NCBI GenBank assembly: GCA_905178155.1
Contig: CAJINV010000010.1
Span: forward strand, 1,222,709-1,286,708
Length of the DNA: 64,000 bases
DNA from: Amoebophrya sp. A120
Lineage: Eukaryota; Protista; Dinoflagellata
Reading direction: 5' to 3'
The notes under the pieces were generated by a model. That model was not told the DNA's origin, did not search any database, and was given only the letters and a program-made list of their open reading frames with translations. Positions 36,701-48,700 of the stretch are shown in pieces (position 1 is the stretch's first letter; each line of letters opens with the position of its first letter). The position numbers were made by a program, and so were the translations under genes.

Positions 36701-39700
36701 CAAGTTGAACTGGGTGGACGTTCTGTTGTCTGACATGAACTACAAAACCTACAAACGGTACGCCGACATGGTCGCGCAATCGCAGAACAAGGCGAAGGAG
36801 TTGGAAAAACAGAACCAGGACGAAGTCAAGGCGTTGGACCGCTTCACGGCGTAGGAGGCGGAACGGCAGAAGCAGCTGACGATGAGACGAAGACTCTTTC
36901 CTATGAGGCTGTCGAGTGGTTGTGATGCACCACAGACAGCGGTAACAAGAATCACAGACAACAAACTAATATTGCGCTGAACTTCGACTATCGTTGTTGC
37001 ATGGACGATTTTGCACCTCTGTACCTGCAACACAAATTGCGCCCCACCCGAACAGAACATAATGAAACCGTACTCAAAAAAGGAAGTAGTGCAGGTGCTT
37101 GGCTGCGGCCTTCTCCCCAAACGGCATCGGCGCCTGTTCTCATTTCTTTGGTTCTTGTTTTTTCTTCCTTCCCTTCGCTCTTCTTGTCCCTGGCCCAATG
37201 GGGCCTACAACTTGGTTGCTTCCGCACTTGTGGCGGGGCAGCACACCACCTGGCGGCGCAAGTGCTTCTGTGGCCGCCCGGTGCTCTCGACCCACCCACC
37301 CACCGCCCACAGGCATTGGGGCGGGTGGCCAACAGTAGGCGCGCAAAAAATTAGGGAAAATTCAGAATTTTTTAAGCCGGGGCGAATGCCCGGGCCCGGC
37401 AGACTGAGCGAGTTCGTCGGGGAGCAGCCAGGTAAATGCAAGAGGAAAACAGAAAAGAAAAAAAGAAGAAAGAGAAGAAAAATCGGACGAAACCCTTTCA
37501 GAAACGATTCTCAGATTGATAGAAAAAGAGAAGAAGACAGCGGATCAAGGAGGGGAGGAGATGAAGCAGAGGGCTCGGGGAATAATAGAGAAGGCGACGC
37601 GACTCTTGAAAGAGGCCGAGGGATTGGACCACGACCGGGGAGAAGAGAAGAGCACAGGAATGGAAATTGATGGAGACGTAGAAAGCGCAGACGAGGGTGG
37701 AGAAATGGAAGTCGAAACGAAAAAAGAATCGGACGGGGGAGGCGAATTCTACAAGGCAGATACATACGAAGGCACACGGCGCGGATACGTTTTCAAATTA
37801 GGGAAAGCGGGGCAAGGGTATTACAAGGACAGGGGACCTGAGGAAGCCACCCGCGTCTTCTTTAGCTGCTGCGTAGGCTGGGGGGAGGATGAAAAAAGGG
37901 AGGAAGCAAGAAGAAAGAGAGCAGAGCTGGCCCCAGACCCACAAATAGAAGAGGCGTCACTAAAAAGGCAACACAGAAAAGACGAAGAGGCGACTATCAC
38001 AACAAAAAATGACGAGCGAGGAGAGGCCAACCCGTCTCCTGGGCGGCAAGGTACCGACCGACCGGGAGAAAAGGAAGAAAGAAAAAAAGAAGAAAAAAAA
38101 TTTCCGACACTGGAGGAACTACTGGGCGACGACTTTGAAACAAAGGAAGAGGAAGAGCAACAGCAAGAAGAAAGACGAAAGAGAGAGGAGGAGAGGAAAA
38201 GGAGGAGGCAGGCGAAATATGAAACCCCTCTGCAAGAAGAACTGGCGAAAATGTTCAGGAGTTTAGACGAAGAAGTTAGAAGATAGGTAGTACAGTCGAG
38301 GTTGATGCGATGAGAACTCATACAATGAACACAGTGAAGGCATGTTGCGCAAATTTAATACGTTGAGGAAACACATAAAAAAAAACTGTAAGGGAAAGGG
38401 TGGGCCGCTCTCGAAGCAAAAAAAATAAACGAGGTGGGGGGTGTTCTGGCGGATGCGGAGGGAGGAGTGGAAACGGAGAGAGTATATACGAAAAAGCGAA
38501 ATAATTCGTAAAAGATGGCACCAACGTCCCGCGCGTCTCATCTCGTCCCCGCCAGCCCAGGAGGCACGGCGCTGCTTGTCATCTCGTCCACGCTGGCCGC
38601 TTAACTGCGGCCCGGCGCTGCTATCCCGCTGTAGAGAGCTAGTCGAAAAGAGGAAAATATATCAAAGTGGTGACAGGGTTGTTATTTTAAAAGTCTGTGC
38701 TAAAGCAGCACCCCCCTCCCCAAGGGGCCCCCTCGGGGCGGGCGCGATGGCGGCTCTGAGTAGCCGGAGCCCTGGGGCCCGATTCTTCGAATACGCATGA
38801 AAAAGGTGCGCGGACTAAGGTCGGCTGAAGTGCTCGAAAGGGGTACGCTTCGGGGTTGTCCGTCATCGTAGTAGGATCATCGGGTATGATCGATAGACCC
38901 CCAGTATACGTACTAGCGCACAGCCGGCCACAGACGTAAGTTTGCGATCAAGTTTGTAAGGCTAACCCATCAAGGCCACGCCGAGTCTCCACCTTGCTCG
39001 CGGGCTTGGATGGTAAGGGGGTTCTGCCACAAGTAGCGCCCACTGGTTGTTGTTACGCGTAAGCAATCGATAACGGTTCTGCGGCTGCGGCCGGGTGGTA
39101 GTTAGGAAGTGGATCGGGTATCCACCTAGGGGTATTGGCAGAGGCTAAATCTGTTCTAGCGCCCAGGTATTGGCAGAGGCTAAATCTGTTCTAACGCCAA
39201 CCCGCCAGGAGTTAAATGGTTACTACTACTACTACTGCATGACAGAAAAGCTGGGCTCTTGAGTAACGTGCATGACAGATTTAAGAGTCATGCCAGACAA
39301 GCATGACAAACTTGCATTCGTCCAGACCCAGACATTTTTACAGTTGATACGTGTCGTGGTAGATCCAGGCACCGGTCCTCAGAAGTGTGGCAAAGATCGG
39401 GAAAGAGCGACGCCGAGGCGAAGCAAGAAAATCTGTGACAGCGATGTTGAGCTTTGTTTTGGACACGTCATTGATGTCAAGACGGCCCCGGGAGCCGCTG
39501 GGACGGCGACCGGGGAAGTACACGTGGCTTGTCGCGCACCAGTGGCAGCTCTTTCCGGCGAGCGGGAAAGGACAGATGGGCGACTGGGACGGCCTGCAGT
39601 ACAGGACAGCAGGCCTAGTACTTGCGAGCGAAGTGAAGACGCCCTAGCCCTACAGGAAAAAAATGCAGGAGCGCAATCTCCGGCAGCCTGCACAGTGGGA

Positions 39701-42700
39701 CGTGAAGCAGTCCTCGAGAAGGCTCAGCAGGCTCCAACGCTAAGTACCTCTCCCTGCGTTTATTTTCCTCCACAACGGCGAGATCAGCCGCAACATCATA
39801 ATCATGCGGCTTCTGTCCCGCCCAAGATGTTGCGCTGTCTCGAATGCGGAGAGGAAAAGCCAAGCAGTTGTTTTCCGGCGACATCAGCGGGCAAGAACGA
39901 GAAAGACACGCCGGGAGTAAAAAACAGCGTAGCCCGTGGGGGTGCTTCCTCGACGACGGGCACAGGTAATCTTAGCGCGAATGAGCAGCAGGAAGCTGTC
40001 GGTCTGGACAACTATGATACTGCTGCAGCAGGAGCAGCGACAGGGCCTAAATTAAAGGATGATCAGAGCATTGGCACATCAACATCGAGTTCGAGATTGC
40101 TTGTCTGTCACTTTTGTGCGCAGTATGGGAGATCGAGGTTGGCGAATCTGGTGCCAGCAAAGGTGCCGTTTTCTGATTTGTTGCGACAAAATGAAACTAC
40201 TAAGGATGGATCTTCGGAAGACCAGCAAGGTTGTCGCGGAAACAATTCATCATCTGCAGACGCGCAGGAGCGCACAGGGGGCAGCAGCAACAGGCGCAGC
40301 TATATGGACGTTTACATTCTGGACGACGAGGAAGTTGAAACACAGGGCCACACACTAACCACCAACAGCATGGCGCCTCCACAGCACTTGCAACTTGGTG
40401 CTGTCTTGCATAATTCCACAGCGCCTCTAATATCGTCTTCTGACACCGCCGCCCGAAATTCTACCTCGAGGATAAAAATCGACGAAAAGAACGGCGACTC
40501 CTACCTCTTGCCACCCGGCTCTGCGACGCGAAACTGCCATCCCCACGAGTTGGCCTTGAGGAAACTCTATCAAATGCAAATATGTCTGGGTCTGGAAGGA
40601 TGCGAACTTGTGATGCGTGTTGCGGATCATCCAAAAATCTGTGTTGCGTGACTTGCAAAAGGTCCCCACTTCTGGCCGTTCTGAGGGGGCATTTCTCATG
40701 CGGAATAGGCATCACCAAGGGGCTGCAGAACCTGTGATGCCAGCCCCTGCATTCCAGACTTGGCGGAGCTTGGAAAAACTGCATGACAAATCTCGCAATC
40801 TTCCAGACCCAGACACTTTTGCATTTGATAAGCTCGCAGTAACTGATTTTCATCACATGAAGCTACCGCCGCGGCTGGAAGTGGATGATTTGCTCGATCT
40901 GTCAGAGAAGCCGTTTCTTCCCGAAGCCCGGATGAATAAGAAGGAGATTGATGTTGGTAATGCTCCTGGACCTGGTGGAAATAAAATATCAAACCAAAAT
41001 AGAGTCCCCAACCCCAACTACGACGAAAAACTGGCAAAAACGCTCGAATCCGACGACTACTGCCAGGATCTCGGGCGCTTTGTCGTTCGGAATCCGCGAG
41101 TCGAAAACAACGCAGATTTCCTCCGCATGAAGCGGTTTAAGCAAAACTTACTTCAGAAGGATACCGAGGACAAGGACCTCGCGACGAATTCCCATTTTGC
41201 TGGTCCGCTCGGCAACCCGTGGACGAACCGAGGCTTACAGTTGATTCCGGTGAACGCGAAATTTTGGCTGCTGAAGGAACAGGCCTGGCTCTACAGCAAG
41301 GGCGTTTGCTTGCCTTTCATGGAGAGAACCACGGAGGTTTTCCCCTTTGTGGAAGACATCGACTTGACAAATTGTCAGTGTACCTGGGAAAACAGTGTCC
41401 CCAACGCGGTGAAGTTTTTCCTACAACCGAAAGACTCCCGGAACCCCCGGTATGCGAAGAAGTACCCAGACTTATCATTCAGTTATCAAATGCAAAAATG
41501 TCTGGGTCTGGAAGGTTGGAACTTGTGATGCTATTTTTGGAATCTAAAAAAATCTCTATTGCATGACCAGCAAGAGGAGTCTAGTTTGTGCTACGCGGGG
41601 AGGGCGTTTGTCATGCGGAGTAGGCATCAGGAAGCCCTCTAAAAATCTGCGACGCTAGGCCGTGCATTACAGACATCCTGGGTCATGCAAAAATATGCGT
41701 GACAAATCTCAGAATCTTCCAGACCCAGACACTTTTGCATTTGATATCAGTCAGGAACAAACCAAACTCTTCTTCAACCTGGCCGACAAAAAGTTTCTGC
41801 AGAAGCGGGCCCGAATCCTCGGGCGCATGTTTCCGGGCAAGAAGTTGGAGTGCGTCGTGTTCTCCTCCTCGGGGTGGTCTATATGCATTGCAAAAGTATT
41901 TGACTTACTCGTAGTATTGCAATACAAATTGGCTCAGCATGACAAACGGAACGTCTCATGCTGATTTAACTTGAAAATTGAAATTTGTCTTGCATGACTG
42001 TAATTCCTACGAGTACGATACTTTTGCACAGGATGGTCTACGGAGAAGCACAAAATGAAGATTTCGCTACACCTGGTCTGGCCACACTTGCTGGTGAACC
42101 GGGAGATTTGCGCGCAGGTCCGGGCGGAAACTCTAAGGTATTTCCGGTCAAACCGGGGACGCATGTATCAGGAAGAGTTGAAAAAGCTGGGGAATACTGG
42201 TACTGCTGTGGTTACCGTATCCATACCGGAGTGCTTGAAATTGCTAAATAGCGGCGTGTTTGACCACAAATTGGTCGCGAAAACCTGCGTTGTGCGGAAC
42301 GGGGCGGTGGTCGTTTCGAAAGTTTTTACCAGCTTGACTGAGAGCGAAAGGCAAGTCGGAGATCTGTACTTCGAAAAAGGGTGGAAAGTAGCGAAAGTGG
42401 TGCTGTTGCGAGGAGGAGGAGACGGATCGTCATCGTCCACGACCACTTCTGTTGTCCACACGGTGCAGGAAGCTCTGCGAAAAATCGAGGAAAACGTGAT
42501 CGAACTGAAGCGGCGAGGACGGGGAAAATTGAGTTGCCAGCGCCCCTCATCCGATAAGAATTCGGTCACGTCAGAAATAAACGGTACAGCAGTACGTCCC
42601 GCTGAAGACAACAAACAGAACCTCACCAAAAAATTCGAGCGCCTCGAAATCCACTTTGAGACAGATTTTTGGGCGGACATTTTTGACGATGTGATTGAGA

Positions 42701-45700
42701 AACACCGGCAGGGCTTGCGGCCTCCGTTCGCCGATAAAAGAACGTACATGATCCCCGAGAAAATTTTTGAAGCGGATTTAAAACACTTTGCTACTGATTT
42801 TGGCTACTTCTACACCGGCGACGAGGTCGGGGGAGCGGGAGGGGACAGGAGGAAAAAGAAAGCCGGAATTATTCGCCCCGATGCCCCTCCGAACCCGAAG
42901 GCTACTTCTATCTCCACTGCTTCTGGGGGTGCTTCTCGTCTAGCACGAGACGAGGATCAGCCGGGAGGGGAGAGGATGAAAGACAAAGCCGGAAAAATAA
43001 ATGTCAAAGATGGTCCGGTCGTAAGGGCGGGTGCCAGCACATCCACCGTTCTCCCTCCAGCACAAAACCACGACGATCAACATCCGCAACGTCGTCAACA
43101 GCTCCCCGCGAAAAAACTAGTGTCCAAAGCCAAAGTCGAGCTGGTGTTCAGGAAAGCGGGAGGGGAGAAGAGGAAAAAGAAAGTCGGAATTATTCGCCCC
43201 GATGCCCCTCCGTACCAACGTGAATTTTGTCTGCGGCTAAAAGATTCAAAAATTTTGATTTTGAGTATGGCACCAAAGGAGTCTGGGCCGTCCCAGTCCC
43301 GGCGGTCTCGAAGGTCGCAGGGGGGCTGAGCAGGGACGCCTCCACCGGAAAGAATTTCGCCCACGGTAGCTGGCCATCGTCCGCATCTCGCGTCTCTACT
43401 TTCCTGCCCTTGTAGGCCCGGCTCCCCATTCTTCGGCTGTCCCAGTTGGGGCAGTCCGGAGGGGCCTGAGGGTGAGGGCGCAGACAAATTTACGCAAAGG
43501 CCCAAACGCACTTAGTAATGGCCTTGCGCAAATTTGTCTGCACCTCCGGCAGGGGTGCTCTCCTTGGACCCCCCCTCCCCTAGCCGCAGACGAATTTACG
43601 CAGCTCCTTTCTGGTTGGCCTTGTTTGCATGTCCATCAGCGCCAAAAGTTGGCACGCTTCCCGGGGGTATTGCGCCCCGTATTGCGATTTGGCGCTGATG
43701 TTTCAATGCCTCCCCTAATTGGTCATCCACTAAAAGCAGGGGTGGCCCTGCAGGTGATGTAGCAGAAATGAAGGTGGCCGCGCGCCGTTGCAAAAGCAAA
43801 TTTTTGAATTTTTCAGCCGCAGACAAAATTCCTCTTGGTACTCCGAACCCGAAGGCTACTTCTATCTCCACTGCTTCTGGGGGTGCTTCTTGTCTAGCAC
43901 GAGACGAGGATCAGCAGCAAGCTGAACTACAACTCCAGCGCTCCGCAAAAACATTATTGTCCAAGGCCAAAGTCGAGCTGGTGTTCAGGAAAAACCGAGG
44001 TCGCTTCCTGTACCGTTCTCAGTACATTGACCTCTGTAAATTAAACCACTTGAACCGCCTCACCCCCTCGTGGTTCAAGAAGCGCAGTCAGGACTACTCG
44101 CCGTTCGCGAGAACCTTGACGGAAGAGTGTCGACCGGTCTTGCCCTACGGGATTTTTGAGTTTGGAGGCTCTACTGGTTCAGAGCAAATGATAAATCAAT
44201 CTGATTTTGACTACGACGACGAACTCTGGGATCCCTGTTTGCCGGAGGGGAAACTGCCGGAGCAGAAAGTTATTGTCGATCCGGATTCGGAAACGATTCA
44301 AAATCTCCGACATTTCCACAACCGACAGAAGCCGATTGCTGGTGTCGAGAAGGCGGGAATGGTGAAAACGGAAGTACAGAAGATGAAAACTACAGCTGCT
44401 GGTGACCGTGACGCGGAAACGGCCGGGGCAGGGGGCGCGGGGACGATAACGATATCGAACAAGAATACAACATCCGGGTCTACAACAAGAACGCCAGACT
44501 CAGAACAAGATGGTGACACAACAACTGCACAAGCTGGGGGACAAGACGAAAATCGAAATCCTCTCAAGGTGGATACTCGGGCCACCCTTGTTCTATCAAA
44601 TGCAAAAATGTCTGGGTCTGGAAAAATGCAACTTGTGATGCTGCATTTGGATTCCAAAAAATGCTGTATTGCATGATTAGCAAATACGGGAATGCAATTT
44701 TTGCTACGCTGAGAAGGCATTTGTCATGCGAAAAAGGCATCAAGAAGCCCTCAGAAAATCTGTATTGCTAGGGTATGCATCACAGACATCATGGCTAATG
44801 CAACACGTGCGTGACAAATGTCAGACACTTCCAGACCCAGACATTTTTACATTTGATACGTTCATCCCCCATTACACCATTCCCAGCACCGGATGAGGTC
44901 TTTCACGAAGCAGGACCTGGAAAACACTTTGAAATTCATGATCAAGGGGACTTGCCGCGCACCGAAGGGTGCGCTCCCCTCGCCGGAATTTGTTTCGCCC
45001 GCAACCTGGCTTGCGGGGAGTCGGTTGCCGCGGAGCTTGGTCGCAGCGTTAGGGTCGTTTGATACAAAAAGTTCCGTTGCTGTGCAGGGGCCTCGTGTTG
45101 GTGTTCATGATGATGATGCCAGAGGTGGTGCTGGCTGTAGTGATTCTACCCGCGGCCCCTACTTACGACCCGGTAAGCCGGACAGCTGTGTCCGACGGTT
45201 CACCGGTACCATTGCAGAGTTCCAAGACAACATACAGGAAAGAATCCAAGAGCTGCAAGAATCACCGGCGAGCTACATAGTCGGCGACTTTCTCCCGATA
45301 CACGACCCGGACATGCAACCAGTCGTGCATCTATGCTGATGAAAAAGCGACATCTTTCGTCCAATCTGCACATCGCAACCCGCCTTGAATTTTATTTGCA
45401 GCATACCATGATGAAATGTAAAACTTTGCAAATTTCGATTTCTTGATGGCCATGATCAGGTTGCAAAATAAGCCATTTATGGATTAAGAAGTGCGAAGGC
45501 GTAGTTGTGAAGTGGTTGCCGATTTATTATTTCCGTAGCATAGCACCACGCGATCGCCAGTTTCGTATACGAGAAGTTAGGTAACGAGCAGGCCAGGGCG
45601 GTGTTTTTGAAAAGAGTTTTTGAGAAACGACGGGAGTTAGAAAGACAATCAAGGTCCTCGTGTGGTACGGAAAGACGAACTACAGCTACAACTTCTCCAG

Positions 45701-48700
45701 CAGATACACCCTGTTCTCCCCCGCCCTGTGCTTTCGACTCCCGGTTCCTAGAAACCGTGAAAGAGAACACGGACAAGCGCGTCGTGCTTTCCGGAAAGAG
45801 GGACTGGATCAAGCTGCTCGTGCCCGACGAAAACTACTCGGCTGAAAACTTTCTGCGTGGGGGCAAAAACTACAATGAAGCTCATCCACAAAGACAAACC
45901 CACTCGCCCTTCGGCCTCTCCCTTTGTTGCTGGCGCGGGGGCATCGGTTTGTCGAGGCCGGAAACGGATGTAGTGCCCGTGGACGAAAGCGACCTGTTTC
46001 AGCGGATTTACGGGAGGGAAATCAGGCCCGACGCGAAAGCGATTCGAGAGCGGGGCTTGGATTTTCACAGTTTGACGAAAAAAAAGTCGTCGAGGGAAGA
46101 GCGGCAGACCTCGGAGAGAGAAAACTGCCACAAATCCCACCTGTCCGGCTTTGCGGAGCTGTTTGACGCGGAAAATTATCAAATGCAAATATGTCTGGGT
46201 CTGGAAGAGCCAAACTTGTGATGCTGCGTTTGGATGCTAACAAAATCTGTATTGCACGAGCAGCAAGAGTATGGAGTCAAATTTGGCTACGCGGAGAGGG
46301 CATTTGTCATGCAGGATGCGCATCGATACATACGAAATTAAAAAATCTGTGATGCTATGGCATACATCACAGACATCATGGATCATGGAAAATGTGCATG
46401 ACAAACTTCTCCTCTTCCAGACCCAGAGACGTTTACATTTGATAAACACCACTTTTCAGAATTGAACCTGCCACGGGAATTGTGCGGAAGTAGTAGAGAC
46501 GCGAAGGAATTTGGGCTGTGTTCTGGGTTGAAAAACAAGCAAGAAAATACAAATACTAGCGCAGGAGCAGGGACGAGAGCACCATCAAAAACTGGAAAGC
46601 AGAGCTGCAGCTCCATGGAGGGGGGAATCTCCGCAAAATGTGCTGACATGAAACTGAAGAACATGGATGATGTGCAGGATTACTCCAGGCGGGAAAACTT
46701 CCGACGCCACGTGTTGGCGGAGATGGAGCGGGAGAAATTTGCCATGCGCGACGGGTATCCTGTGCAAAAGTATCGTACTCGTAGTAGTTGCGTTTATGCA
46801 TTACAAATCTCTTTCTCAAGTCGAATCAGCATTACAAATTCAATTTGTAATGCTGGGCTAATTTGTATACTAGTATGATGCTTTTGCATTGCATAACGGG
46901 GAGAAGGACGAGGAGAATTATCACATGCTGAACGTGTTGTTTGGGGAGAAAATCAATAAAGGTGTGCATGGGAAGACGAACGAAGAGATGATGTGGGAGG
47001 ATCATGTTGTCGTCGCAGAATCATGTGGACGACGCAGCTGCGAAATAAACCGCGACAAGGATTCCGATTCTTGTCCTCTAGTACCGGCACAAAACCAAGA
47101 AGAGGCAATGTCTCCGTGGTCCACCGTCGTTGGGTCTTCCAAGTCATTAATCAGCCAGCATATGGGTCTCCACCGGGTTCTGGACGAAATGCACATACTG
47201 CAGTGGGAAAAATGCAAAGGACCGCTTTCGTCGCAAATGAGAGCGGCAGATGGACCACGAGCGGAGGAGCAATGTGAAGATCCTTACAATAATGCAGAAC
47301 AGAAGCGCGCGGACGACCCACTGGCCCGTGTCCAGGAATGCGCAGCTGCGCTGGAGAGAGACGACTTGAGTCTTGACGAAATTTTGCGGCTCACCGATCC
47401 GGATTCGAAGGCAAAGCGAGTCTCGGCAATTTGTGCAGAACAGATCGATGGGACAACTGGCGTTTCTACTGCGTGTTCTCCGTACGAAGGAACAACGTCA
47501 TGCGGCCCTCACGATTCTCATTTTCTGGACGATCACGACGGCGACCGGCTACTCCCCCGACAGATCCGGATTTACTTTGTCGAAGATTTTGAAATGATTT
47601 TTCTGGTCTTCAACGTGCCGAAAGCGAGAATCCTACCCGTAGCGGCTATGGAGGAGGAGGATATGCAACACAAATTTCCCGTACATGTACAATATGCATC
47701 ACAAACTTCACCAGTTTGCAGTGTAAAACTTGTCATGCTAAACTAGGATCGAAGCCAAGTTTTGTCATGCAGGAACTACCGCATTTGTATGTGTGCAGGA
47801 AATTTACTGTGGATAGAGCAACTACACCGACTAGTCGGGGAAGATGGGGGCCGCAGGATGCAGAAGGATGATCCACGCGCACCACCCGAGCAGATTGCTG
47901 GTGTTCGGAAGCGGAATAAATGCAACAACCCGGATGAAGATATTTTCTCATCTGAAGACGACGGATTTTTGGCCAGAGATCATCGGTTTAACGACGATGG
48001 GTTCGACAGTTACAACTACGATAATCTCGAGGATTTTTATCCAAACGAGATGGGCGACGATGACCAAGATGGTGACCGTAACGCCTCTAGGAACCTCCAG
48101 AACGTCACTACGATCAAGATCTCCGAGCCGGTGCGCGGCGCTTGCTTCAGTCGGGCCAGACTCTTGCTTGAAGATTGGACGCAGGCAAGCGAATTTCGAA
48201 TTCCGATCCCGCACTACGGGGTGGGGTGTGTGGGGAAAGTGGACGTGGAGAGCACGACCTCCATGGCGAGAAGAGTAAAAATGCAGAATAAAAACTTTCT
48301 ACAAGAACACCTTCAAACGTCGACGCCGATTCTTTATCCAGTCTTCCCCCACATCAACGTTTTCATCGTACCCGACCACTTCGCGAGTTATCAAATGTAA
48401 AAATGTAGTCTGGGTCTGGAAGATTCTAAACTTGTAATGCTGTCTCTGGATTCTAAAAAAATTTGTATTGCATGACCAGCAAAAGGACTCCAGTTTGTGC
48501 TACGTGGAGAGGGCATTTATCATGCGGTAGAGGCATCACAAAGTCCTCTAAAAATCTGTGATGCTAGGGCATGCATCACAGACATCATGGGTCATTAAAA
48601 ATATGCATGTAATGCAAAAAGCGACGAGACCCGTTTGACGTGGTCCAGTTGAGACATGTCATGCAAAAGTCGATACCCACAGCGACGTGAGAGGCGCTAG

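Larger units (their letters stand above)
25939..37406 (+). mobile_element. 11.5-kb hAT-like DNA transposon carrying two genes
   Basis: CAG...CTG ends with ~65-bp imperfect TIRs (tcgcccc...tttgcgcgcc); 8-bp TSD agcgagtt (25931-25938, 37407-37414); its removal restores the LINE frame. Confidence 0.85.
22518..38286 (+). pseudogene. RT ORF of LINE copy 1, split by two DNA transposons (22518-24506, 25128-25938, 37415-38286)
   Basis: RT motifs EASGMDG, GLDASNYFN, LIQGAVE, QYVDGG, GQFLAPQK, KILGI. The three pieces rejoin into 3,672 nt without a frameshift. Homologous to the 51899 ORF. Confidence 0.85.
22516..39236 (+). mobile_element. 5'-truncated non-LTR retrotransposon (LINE-like), copy 1
   Basis: 16-bp TSD gcatgacagaaaagct (22500-22515, 39237-39252); (TAC)n 3' tail at 39221-39236; starts abruptly inside the RT domain. 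Confidence 0.9.
22358..39349. mobile_element. Giant (17 kb) family A introner containing nested transposons
   Basis: Left family A half 22358-22515 and right half 39237-39349; direct repeat cgtgt/cgtgt; removal gives ENRVVVDPG. Confidence 0.9.
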
